Notes under the pieces: model-generated
Databases searched by the model: none
What the model saw: the letters and a program-made list of their open reading frames with translations, nothing else
Told to the model about the DNA's origin: nothing
NCBI GenBank assembly: GCA_964562615.1
Contig: CAZLUD010000002.1
Location: 89,300-153,299, forward strand
DNA from: an uncultured Candidatus Saccharibacteria bacterium
GTDB lineage: Bacteria; Patescibacteriota; Minisyncoccia; Phycocordibacterales; UBA12088
Length of the DNA: 64,000 nt
Reading direction: 5' to 3'
Made by a program: the position numbers and the translations under genes
Shown here: positions 19,301 to 26,433 of the stretch, piece after piece
Layout of the letters: each line of letters starts with the position of its first letter
Numbering within the stretch: the stretch's first letter is position 1

Positions 19301-19437
19301 TACCGCTTACCTACGCTGATGCATTATGGTCGCCACTTGCATGGGCAATTATATTCGGTCTTTCATTTTCTGTGGTACTCACTCTTCTTCTGGTACCTAT
19401 TCTCTACGGCAGAAAGCCCGGTGAGCTTGAGAGGTAA
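16330..19437 (+). CDS. RND family efflux permease (AcrB/HAE1-like)
   Basis: 1035 aa with a 12-TM architecture and two large periplasmic loops. Typical AcrB-type motifs are present in TM4 and TM10. Confidence 0.9.
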   Translation: MYSIWSFFTLHKSFSYLVLVTLVAFGSYALVTIPKESAPEVQIPIAIVSVALPGASAVDIEKLITNKVETALNNSLEDVKKITSSSQEGFSSVVVEFLPSANIDDSVRDVKDEIDKVKPELPEDATEPIVSDVNFVNQPIITFAIGADLPDAELVALADAVEDEIKKVEGVSDVTIGGYRARETQVIVRKEALETYGLRLVDIIGGIARANNTFPVGNILVDSIAYNVQFEGDLNDPAEVANIAIFLQGGQPVYVRDVATVVDGLEEARSISRISLDSEPSSSALSIQVFKRSGGDITKITDEVKKTLDTLKSDGGILSDATTLVVFDNGKELKNDLVSLGSSGAQTVVLVMISLFMVIGWREALIAGSAIPLSFLLAFIALEASGNTLNFVSLFALILAVGVLVDSAIVIIEGINRNMRLDPLLSKKDASLAAIKEFHGPITSGTLTTVAVFVPLFFISGVTGEFIASIPFTIIFVLIASLIIAVAIVPLFASLFLTRHEPSKLELIQAEYQEKVGRWYKQKLESILGNPKRERIVIWGILAMFFVAMTLPILGLVKVEFFPAGDSDFVVIELELLEGSPLSQTDIEMRKLEEILYEYSIIESFVMTAGESSAFSGSQSVSAGAKFANAFVTLKKDRPVTSQEFADDLRAKTAAIGTAEVRISQVENGPPTGTPVLIKFLGDDLATLEETVQKAATILENTEGSADVVTSAKNDGTQYVVEVDPAKASALGLDASLISQTLRTAVSGVKATSIVSNDEDIDVVVKLNLNTNYMDAHDTDRTTIDSLGQISIQTPNGPVLLASVLEVSLAKNNTVIQHENLKRVVSVGSQLESGANLVEVVAAFEEKVKEELVLPQGVTMVIGGENEENNQAFTEMFYALIVGLVLMLAILVFEFSSYRHALYVLSVTPLALIGIMIGLMVTGKALSFPTLMGFIALMGIVVNNSIILIDTMNAMRKTDPAKPIRDVVLEGSASRLRPIFLTTITTVIGMVPLTYADALWSPLAWAIIFGLSFSVVLTLLLVPILYGRKPGELER

Positions 19438-19465
19438 TAAATAGTAAAACTTTTTCACTAGTGTT

Positions 19466-19948
19466 TTACTTGTTTGAAGCAAATTTCTTCCACGCCATAG
19501 AAAGACGCAAGGTCTTTCCTCTCACATCAATATAGGTTTTTGAAAGCTCTTCAATGCGAACAGTATTAGCATTTTCTGAAAGAGCAGCGTACAGCTCGAG
19601 GTACACAACCATTTTGTTGCACCCTTGCATTGCCTTCTCAAGGCGCGCAAGCGCTTGTGCATGGTCATCAAAGCGCATGCCGTGTGCCTCGGCTATCATA
19701 AGAGGCGTATTGAGCGCACAGTTTCGCATACCCTCTGTATGAATAAAATGAGGGTCTGGTGTATCGCCAAGCACCTCCTTTTCTACCGCAATAGCGGAGG
19801 TCATAGCAATATGATATATGTCTAGGTCACGAAATGACTTTATATTTTTGCGCGGAATAAATTTTGCCTTTGCACCCCTCACAAACTGTGGTGTGTAGCC
19901 ACTTCTATTACTCTCTCCACCAGAGCTATTCCATTTATGTTCTGTCAT
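19466..19948 (-). CDS. Four-helix-bundle protein (23S rRNA IVS / Avd-like family)
   Basis: The segments 'FRDLDIYHIA', 'MRNCALNTPLMIAEAHGMR' and 'ALARLEKAMQGCNKMVVYLELYAAL' fit the family pattern, in which helix 1 reads F.DL.VW, helix 2 reads RRAA.SI..NIAEG.GR and helix 3 reads FL.IA.GS..ELE. The N-terminal ~35 aa are extra. Confidence 0.55.
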   Translation of the reverse strand: MTEHKWNSSGGESNRSGYTPQFVRGAKAKFIPRKNIKSFRDLDIYHIAMTSAIAVEKEVLGDTPDPHFIHTEGMRNCALNTPLMIAEAHGMRFDDHAQALARLEKAMQGCNKMVVYLELYAALSENANTVRIEELSKTYIDVRGKTLRLSMAWKKFASNK

Positions 19949-19980
19949 ACATTAGTAGTAGTATAGTATCCCTCGTTGTT

Positions 19981-21246
19981 TTATGCGTAGGTTGCCTTGT
20001 TATCTTTTGGAATGGTGGCAACACTACCATCGCGATAATGGATCCTTTTGGTCCGAGTCCTTTGTAGTTTTTTCACAATATGGAGTGGGTAAAACTCATA
20101 ATAGCTCTTTTCGTCAAACCACGCGCACTTGAAGTCTCTAAGGCGTAATCCCGTACGCCGTGATAGCGCAAGCGCGTACCAGGTAAGCTGTTCGACAGGG
20201 CGCTCATTTTCGGCATGTGGCTTGTAGTCAAGGATATGCACAACGCCATTTCTTACCTGCACCAAATCAATGTGCCCAGTCAGTATTGCCGGGAATGGTT
20301 CTACATTTTTATTACCTTTCATGCGTACGTCACCATCTTCAGTAACAGAAAACTTTAGCACTTTTTCAAAATGTATAACATCCTCTTTTTGAATATATAC
20401 GGGGACTTCTGTGGCAATCGTCACCGAATCATTAGCAATAAAAAAACGCTGTAGCTCTTCATGACGCTGTGTATTTTTAGGCACACCTTGAAGGACAAAA
20501 CGAGCAATATGATTTGCATAATTTTCCTTGCCCTTTATAACCACCTCGCTTAAATCAAACTTGCTTCTGACTTCACTCATGCGTGCTCCCTTTTCAAAGT
20601 ATTGGTGTGGGGTGTCGGTCGCAACCGTATCAAGATAATCAAGAAGTCTGGTAAAGGTTTTATTCTTATATTCCTCTAGGAGCAAAATAAGCTTAGGCCG
20701 GTGATACCTGAAGCGGTACAGCTGGCGGTGTGCCAAGGTGGTGGTTTCTACCATGTAAAACTTGACGCCATCTTTCTTCCCCTTCTGTTGCCACAGCGAG
20801 AGAATCTTTTTTGCGTACTTGCGCATACGCTCAAACCGACACAGCTCCTTACTCTGCTCATACCACGATGCTACGGTACGTGCAGCTGGCAACACTCCAT
20901 ATTTCTTTTCTATCACCGCAGGCACCTGCTCACACGCAAATCCAAGATTGACATAGCTAATCGCGTCAAGCACCGCTGGCCACGGATAGGGTGAGCCCTT
21001 CATGGCTCTTCCAGTAAAAGTTTTTCCGCAATCATACTCCCTGCAAATGAAAAGCTGTACCTGCTGATGCTTATTTTGCCGGACCCCTCTCTTTACAAAA
21101 TCCCGACTTTCGCAGTATGGGCAGTTATTTACCGAACGCTCTAGGAATGTGTCTTTAGAGAGTAGGATTGCATTGTCCCTTGTAGAGGGGTTCTCAGTGG
21201 GATTGATAGGATTGTTCTCTTTTTCTTCAGGGCTTTTCATAATCAC
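19981..21246 (-). CDS. InsA-like zinc-ribbon/HTH domain fused to a C-terminal RecB/Cas4-like PD-(D/E)xK nuclease
   Basis: N-terminus 'CPYCESRDFVKRGVRQNKHQQVQLFICREYDCGKTFTG' matches the IS1 InsA-type zinc ribbon (CPxC...V[KR]xG...Q.[YF].C..C..TF), followed by a putative HTH 'GVLPAARTVASW'. The C-terminus has 'GHIDLVQV...VVHILDYK' and 'QLTWYALAL', which correspond to RecB-family motifs II, III and QhxxY. Confidence 0.6.
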   Translation of the reverse strand: MIMKSPEEKENNPINPTENPSTRDNAILLSKDTFLERSVNNCPYCESRDFVKRGVRQNKHQQVQLFICREYDCGKTFTGRAMKGSPYPWPAVLDAISYVNLGFACEQVPAVIEKKYGVLPAARTVASWYEQSKELCRFERMRKYAKKILSLWQQKGKKDGVKFYMVETTTLAHRQLYRFRYHRPKLILLLEEYKNKTFTRLLDYLDTVATDTPHQYFEKGARMSEVRSKFDLSEVVIKGKENYANHIARFVLQGVPKNTQRHEELQRFFIANDSVTIATEVPVYIQKEDVIHFEKVLKFSVTEDGDVRMKGNKNVEPFPAILTGHIDLVQVRNGVVHILDYKPHAENERPVEQLTWYALALSRRTGLRLRDFKCAWFDEKSYYEFYPLHIVKKLQRTRTKRIHYRDGSVATIPKDNKATYA

Positions 21247-21577
21247 TAGCGATAGTCTTGATCAAGTGATGTGGTAGGGCGATAGTATATGAATAAGTAT
21301 ACTCATATCACGAATTCTTCATACCCCCATAGCACGACTATAGGCAATTTCGACATGCTTATACGCTAGTCGTGATATGGATTTGGTACGTTTTTTTGAC
21401 ATATGTCAATGTTTGTGCTTCTTCATTTTTCTTTAATGATATCCTTGAAAGTGCTCGTACTAGTATCTGCTTGCCTACTATTTTTGTATCAAACTGCATA
21501 GGATATACCCTTCCATGTGAGTTGAAGACGTATAAACCCCTCTGTACGTATCCATAGCTTCAGAAGCGCATTCCCAT

Positions 21578-24500
21578 CTATGGTTGAGGCGCCTCTGCTG
21601 GACCCTCATCAGCACCTTCTCCAGCAGACACTATCACGGTACGGGTGCTAGTTGCAGTATTGCCAGTTAGATCCCTCGCTACATAGGTTATGATATGCTC
21701 CATCACTTGTGTGGTATCAATTTGCACCGCGGTGACTTCTGTACCTAGGTAGTACGTGCGAAGGGTGGCGATACCACTATCATCAGTAGCAACAGCGCCA
21801 AGGTCGGCATAACTTTCCCCTACAGTAAGTAGTGCCGGGTTGTTTCCTTGCATGATTATGATCGGTGCAGTGGTATCTGCTGGCAATTCCTCGGGTGTAT
21901 CATCTTGCTCAGTACCCCCAGAATCATCACCAGTTGAGCCATTTTGTGACCCTTCTTCTCTAAGCAAAAGAAGTTCTTGAAGGTCGCTCTCAGTGATGCA
22001 GGTGTCCCCGATACAGAGGCGCTCTTTCACATACACCACATTTGCCGTAAATATATTTATGGTTAGTTCAGTGACTTGCGATAGTACTCTACGCACACTC
22101 TCAACAAACCATGACGGTTCACTACCAGACTGTAGCAGGTCAAAATTACTTTGATGTTCCTTCACTACTGCTGATAGCACCGCGGTTATTTCGGCATAGT
22201 GTACCGAGCGTGGCGAGCCATCGGTGTCACGCGCAACAAGCCTTGGCTCTATGGTTTCTATTTGCTCGGCGATAAAACCAAGTCGAGGCTCGTTAGTGCC
22301 ATTGTATTTAAATGATACTGGTTCAATACCTAATACTATTCTTTTTGCTTCTTCAGTTGTGAGTGTTTCAATATCGTGCTTAAACTGTGCGGATGATACC
22401 GTACAGTTAGAGGTGCCGGTGTTAACCACCATCTCTTTACTTGCAGACAGACACAATGCGGATGGCGTACCCGCTGCCGCGGTTAATCCATTTATTGCAA
22501 CTCCACCCTCAACTGAAAGTTTTTTCCATGGACTCGTCGTCCCGATGCCGACGTTGCCGCTCGAATTTATATTGATACCCCTTACGCTACCGTACCCGTC
22601 CCCACCTGTCGTAATTTGCAAACTATCAGTGGAGTGTAGGTATGAGATAATTCCCGCATATTGGGACGCTCCATCCGAGAAGAAAATGTTCGAGCGGGTC
22701 GCACCGGCAATGGTAACGCCATTGCTACCCGAAGCGGTTCCAATTGTGAGGTTATCAGTGTCTGCGTATGACCATGGACTCGTCGTCCCAATGCCGACGT
22801 TGCCCGTGTTTCTACTTATAAACATATCATCAGTATTTAAATCAGCCCCGCCATAATTTCTTCTGAAAACTAATCCATCAGCAGTAGGGTCATATCCAAG
22901 TCCCACATATGGGACATAACCCACACCATCAAACGAGATATATTCTCCGCTTGCATCATAACCAAATCCCAATTTATGTATTGGCCCCGTCGTCCCAATG
23001 CCGACGTTGCCGCTCGTTGGGTTTAATAATGTATTGTTTCCTTGACTATTTATTTTCAATGGTTTAGACGCCCAGCTTTGTATGTAGTTATAGCTCGCAT
23101 CACTACCAAACGAAAGATTATCAACAGTCTGATTTCTTAACATAAATCCATAGCTTGCATTTGTTCCGTCAGTGGTATTAGCAGCTTGATTTATTGTAAG
23201 CAGGTTTCCTGGCGCCGTCGTCCCAATGCCGACGTTGCCGCCGTTTGGCTGTAATGTGAGTGGTCTGTTCGTCCAACTTACCCCATCTGAAAAAGACTGG
23301 ATGTAGGAGTAATCTCCTGAAGCAGATGCGCCAAGCGCAAGTTCTGAATCTAATGAAGCTGAAAGTATAGAAAGACCAAAGCTGCCTTCTGCTGGAGTAC
23401 CATCTTTAAAAATTTGCAGCTTCTCCTGCGGCGCACTCGTCCCGATGCCGACGTTGCCGTCTGTTTTTACATAGAGACCCGCATTACCAAACTGATAATT
23501 CGTACCATCAAAGTATAGATAATTGCTTGAACTATCACCAAAGTAGTAAGCGCCAGTATTAGATGAACGACGTGCAACAATGTCACCAGCAACGCCTGAC
23601 CCTCCACTGTTGGCACCTACCCGCAGGTAACCGGTAACAAGAGCATTTCCGCTCACCTCAAGCTTCTGATTAGGTGCCGTCGTCCCGATGCCGACGTTGC
23701 CGTTCGTATCTATTCTGACCTTTTCCGTTCCCGTCGTAACAAACGCCAATTCTGTCTGAGAAGAATTGTTGTGAATACCATAAATGCCGGAAAATTGATT
23801 TGCCCCGGCGTCCATATTAAACGTCAAACCCAAATGTGCGTAAGTCCCGTTACCTGCCGCTAATCCCGTGTCCAACGCTATCCCTTTATTCTTTGACCCA
23901 GTCGGAGTAAACGCAGCGTTCTGATAATCGCTCGTAACATACAATTTGGAAGCCGGACTCGTCGTCCCCACCCCCACATTCCCCGTCGCTCTGTACACAT
24001 TGCCACCAGAGAGGGTCCAGTTCCCCACCGTGGCACCAGCAACAAGCGCACCATTCCAGTAGAGGGAGGAGGCATTGTTGTATAGGCGGTTGGTGGTAGC
24101 AAGAGGAGTGGATGAGGCAAGGAAGAGTGAACCAGTCACTGAGGCATCTCCAGAAACTGAGAGCGTACTCCAGGGGGTGGTGGTACCAATACCAAGATTG
24201 CTTCCGGTGAAAGAGAAGAGAGGGGTGGTTGCGATTTGTTTTGAAGCGTTAGTGAAGAGGACTGAAGAGGGAGATTGGGTAGCGAGGGTGGTGGTACCAC
24301 TAAGGACAGAGAGTGTGGAGGTGCCGGTAGCGGTGTATCCCACAATGGTGGGGTTGTTGAGAGTGACAGACGAGAGAGAACCACCGGTGATGGTAGGGTT
24401 TGTGATGACGGCAGAGGGTATCTGCACTCCCACAGAGAGGTTGTCTATCTTCTGGGTGAGTCCCCAGACGGGAGTCGAGGGTGGCTGGTATGAGGAGTAG

Positions 24501-25531
24501 GTGCCATAGCCGGTGAAGGTAGTGGCGGTTTGTGTGGGGAGAGTGTTTAGTTTTGTGGTGAGGAGAGCAAGAGATGATTCGAGGAAGGAGATGCGACTCA
24601 AGAGGTCGGTGTTGTTTGCTTCTATGGTGATGTACTCTGGGGTCACCACTCGTTCAACCACTCGTGTTGGTGCTTGTGGAGGGAGAGGTGTGGGAGCAGA
24701 GCTGGTCTTCTTTTGTGGTACCTGTCCTGCGCTTGTTGAAGGGGTGGGAGGAGTGGTCTCTTTGATGCGCTCTTCGACAGGGACAAAGGTGGTTGGGGTG
24801 GGAGTTGGTGTGACGGGAGTCTCCTCTTCCTTGCAGGTGTTGAGTCCTAGAGTGTTGTTCACAAAGCAGAAGAAAGAGACTGCCGTCTCTGACAGAGAGG
24901 CAGCTCCTAGCTGGGTGGTGTTTTCTTGTGCGAGGAGGTAGATGAGTTCTCCGGTGGTGCTGTCTATTGCCACGCCAAGGGCTTGTGGGATGTTGGTGAG
25001 GGTGGTATCCACTCCTTTGGTGAAGGATTCACCTACCTTGGTATAGGTCTCTTTTGGAGAGAAAGAGAAGAGTGATGTGAAGAAACTGTCTATGTGAGTT
25101 GCTATGGTGTCCTTCACTGAAGGAGGGGTGTCAGAGAGGTATGAAGATGCGCCTGCTACCCATGGAGCAAGGACAAACATGACAATGCAAAAGAGGGTGG
25201 TGCGCATGGTGTGCAAAGAGACGTATGAGGCATCTCGGTGTTCGATTAAGAAATCATCAATCGACATAGTATCAATGAGCTGCTCCTCCGCCACAGAAGG
25301 AAAGCCTGCCTCAACCGCGCCAAGTAGTTTTACCTCACTAAACAAATGCGTAGGAATGAGCTTTCCGGTATGGTCCTTTTGAATAAATCCTGCATCAATA
25401 AGTTTAGTGACTAGTGAAAACGCCGCATTTTTAGATGCATATCCCATAAGGTCTGCTATCTCTCGGTAGCTAGGCATCCGTTTATGGGTGTAGTAAAAAT
25501 CTAGAATCTTTTTTCCTTCTCCTTGTGTCAT
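21578..25531 (-). CDS. Giant membrane/surface protein of 1317 aa. An N-terminal LexA-like DNA-binding domain and cleavage-site linker is followed by a signal-anchor/TM helix, a Pro/Thr-rich stalk, about eight tail-fibre-like 'GNVGIGTT(S/A)P' repeats, a Peptidase-S74 intramolecular-chaperone domain and a DUF5011-like Ig domain.
   Basis: aa 8-108 align with E. coli LexA 5-125. 'MPSYREIADLMGYASKNAAFSLVTKLIDAGFI' matches '[33 protein letters not shown]', 'LLGAVEAGFPSVAEEQ' matches 'LVGRVAAGEPLLAQQH', and 'VSLHTM' matches 'VSGMSM'. The LexA catalytic domain is absent. aa 109-130 'MRTTLFCIVMFVLAPWVAGASS' is a signal-peptide-like segment (nt 25142-25207). The S74-like segment near nt 22148-22393 reads 'FKHDIETLTTEEAKRIVLGIEPVSFKYNGT...RLGFIAEQIETIEPRLV...RSVHYAEITAVLSAVVKEHQ'. 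The Ig-like domain lies near nt 21632-21868. An alternative start at M109 (ATG 25207) would give a conventional secreted protein. Neither start has a clear SD. Confidence 0.7.
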   Translation of the reverse strand: MTQGEGKKILDFYYTHKRMPSYREIADLMGYASKNAAFSLVTKLIDAGFIQKDHTGKLIPTHLFSEVKLLGAVEAGFPSVAEEQLIDTMSIDDFLIEHRDASYVSLHTMRTTLFCIVMFVLAPWVAGASSYLSDTPPSVKDTIATHIDSFFTSLFSFSPKETYTKVGESFTKGVDTTLTNIPQALGVAIDSTTGELIYLLAQENTTQLGAASLSETAVSFFCFVNNTLGLNTCKEEETPVTPTPTPTTFVPVEERIKETTPPTPSTSAGQVPQKKTSSAPTPLPPQAPTRVVERVVTPEYITIEANNTDLLSRISFLESSLALLTTKLNTLPTQTATTFTGYGTYSSYQPPSTPVWGLTQKIDNLSVGVQIPSAVITNPTITGGSLSSVTLNNPTIVGYTATGTSTLSVLSGTTTLATQSPSSVLFTNASKQIATTPLFSFTGSNLGIGTTTPWSTLSVSGDASVTGSLFLASSTPLATTNRLYNNASSLYWNGALVAGATVGNWTLSGGNVYRATGNVGVGTTSPASKLYVTSDYQNAAFTPTGSKNKGIALDTGLAAGNGTYAHLGLTFNMDAGANQFSGIYGIHNNSSQTELAFVTTGTEKVRIDTNGNVGIGTTAPNQKLEVSGNALVTGYLRVGANSGGSGVAGDIVARRSSNTGAYYFGDSSSNYLYFDGTNYQFGNAGLYVKTDGNVGIGTSAPQEKLQIFKDGTPAEGSFGLSILSASLDSELALGASASGDYSYIQSFSDGVSWTNRPLTLQPNGGNVGIGTTAPGNLLTINQAANTTDGTNASYGFMLRNQTVDNLSFGSDASYNYIQSWASKPLKINSQGNNTLLNPTSGNVGIGTTGPIHKLGFGYDASGEYISFDGVGYVPYVGLGYDPTADGLVFRRNYGGADLNTDDMFISRNTGNVGIGTTSPWSYADTDNLTIGTASGSNGVTIAGATRSNIFFSDGASQYAGIISYLHSTDSLQITTGGDGYGSVRGININSSGNVGIGTTSPWKKLSVEGGVAINGLTAAAGTPSALCLSASKEMVVNTGTSNCTVSSAQFKHDIETLTTEEAKRIVLGIEPVSFKYNGTNEPRLGFIAEQIETIEPRLVARDTDGSPRSVHYAEITAVLSAVVKEHQSNFDLLQSGSEPSWFVESVRRVLSQVTELTINIFTANVVYVKERLCIGDTCITESDLQELLLLREEGSQNGSTGDDSGGTEQDDTPEELPADTTAPIIIMQGNNPALLTVGESYADLGAVATDDSGIATLRTYYLGTEVTAVQIDTTQVMEHIITYVARDLTGNTATSTRTVIVSAGEGADEGPAEAPQP
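22534..24205 (-). repeat. Intragenic tandem repeats of ~225-245 bp (8 units) encoding the GNVGIGTT(S/A)P motif
   Basis: The near-identical 24-nt core CGTCGTCCCAATGCCGACGTTGCC recurs at 22534, 22780, 22988, 23216, 23436 and 23678. Diverged copies occur at 23956 and 24182. Confidence 0.85.
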
Positions 25532-25544
25532 GGGCTTAGTATAC

Positions 25545-25558
25545 TGAACGAACGTTCA
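25545..25558. promoter_or_regulatory. SOS-box-like palindrome (GAAC-N4-GTTC, Cheo-box type) in the divergent promoter of the LexA-domain gene
   Basis: TGAACGAACGTTCA lies 14 nt upstream of the ATG of the LexA-like ORF, immediately next to the self-complementary AGTATACT (a TATACT -10-like hexamer on both strands). Confidence 0.5.
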
Positions 25559-25589
25559 CTATACAACTGTGGATAAGTAGCAGCCCATT

Positions 25590-25844
25590 TTGCTGAGTAT
25601 TCCACTCGATTCCCTTGCTCAATATGAGAGACGTGCCACACTAGAGGTATTACTCAATAAGCTATGTAATCGTATGGGAGAACATTATGTATGTACGGGC
25701 GGTTGTGAAGGAGTATCACCAAAGCAAACAACATGCGGAGCACCCGAGTGTCCAAAGCACGACACCCCCCTTACCGCTTGTTCATGTGTTGATGGTATGC
25801 ACCTAGAGGCATACGAAAAAGATGAAAAGGATGGGGCAATGTAA
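25590..25844 (+). CDS. Small Cys-rich hypothetical protein (7 Cys in 84 aa)
   Basis: Contains 'CTGGCEGVSPKQTTCGAPECPKHDTPLTACSC'. It is divergent from the giant gene. Confidence 0.4.
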   Translation: MLSIPLDSLAQYERRATLEVLLNKLCNRMGEHYVCTGGCEGVSPKQTTCGAPECPKHDTPLTACSCVDGMHLEAYEKDEKDGAM

Positions 25845-25864
25845 CATTTGGTATACTCTTATAT

Positions 25865-26431
25865 ATGATACTGACTACGAAGCAACAGCTCTTACTTGGA
25901 TTATTAGTGATTATTGGGATATTGGCAATTGTATTCTACTTTCCAGGTCCAAAGACGTGGCTCGAAAAAAAGCTTAACAAAAAACCTGATAGTGCGATCA
26001 CTACCTTTGAAGAATGCGCAAAGTACTATCCGGTTCTTGAGTCATATCCAGAGAGATGCTCTACCAAAAGCGGCGCATCTTTTACAAGAGACATTGGTAA
26101 TGAACTAGAAAAAGCAGATCTCATCAAAAGTACTACCCCTCGCCCAGGAGACACTATAATGAATCCACTTGTCATAGAGGGAGAGGCACGTGGGTATTGG
26201 TTTTTTGAAGCGACTGCGCCTGTTGAGTTGTACAACAATAGTGGAGTACAAATAGCGAGCGGATACATTGAAGCGCAAGGCGAATGGATGACTGAAGACT
26301 TTGTGCCGTATACCGGAACACTCGACTTTCCACCTGCAGCCTCTGGTAGTGGCTACCTCCTTATCAAAAAGGCAAATGCTTCTGGACTACCAGAGCATGA
26401 TGACTCACTTAGCATTCCGGTAGTCTTTTAA
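25865..26431 (+). CDS. Membrane-anchored protein with a Gmad2-type Ig-like domain
   Basis: N-terminal TM helix LLLGLLVIIGILAIVFYF. The segment 'PLVIEGEARGYWFFEATAPVELYNNSGVQIASGYIEAQGEWMTEDFVPYTGTLDF' resembles the GerMN/Gmad2 Ig-like fold. Confidence 0.5.
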   Translation: MILTTKQQLLLGLLVIIGILAIVFYFPGPKTWLEKKLNKKPDSAITTFEECAKYYPVLESYPERCSTKSGASFTRDIGNELEKADLIKSTTPRPGDTIMNPLVIEGEARGYWFFEATAPVELYNNSGVQIASGYIEAQGEWMTEDFVPYTGTLDFPPAASGSGYLLIKKANASGLPEHDDSLSIPVVF

Positions 26432-26433
26432 CC

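Noticed and set aside
19981-21246. IS1-family insertion sequence/transposase
   Set aside because: Only the InsA-like zinc-ribbon/HTH is present. There is no InsB DDE catalytic domain, no frameshift window and no terminal inverted repeats flanking the gene. The C-terminus is a RecB-type nuclease instead.
22534-24205. Possible CRISPR array, on the basis of regularly spaced near-identical short repeats
   Set aside because: The repeat period is ~230 bp with 24-nt cores inside one long uninterrupted ORF. The repeats encode a protein motif (GNVGIGTT), and the spacers are far too long for CRISPR. No cas genes are present.
22224-24941. Plus-strand ORFs 22224-22856, 24075-24500, 24275-24493 and 24513-24941
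   Set aside because: They are antisense to the giant repeat-rich gene. They are open only because of biased repeat composition, and their translations are low-complexity with no motifs.
19466-25531. Diversity-generating retroelement (Avd-like protein plus surface protein with a C-terminal Ig-like domain)
   Set aside because: There is no reverse-transcriptase gene and no template-repeat/variable-repeat pair in the window.
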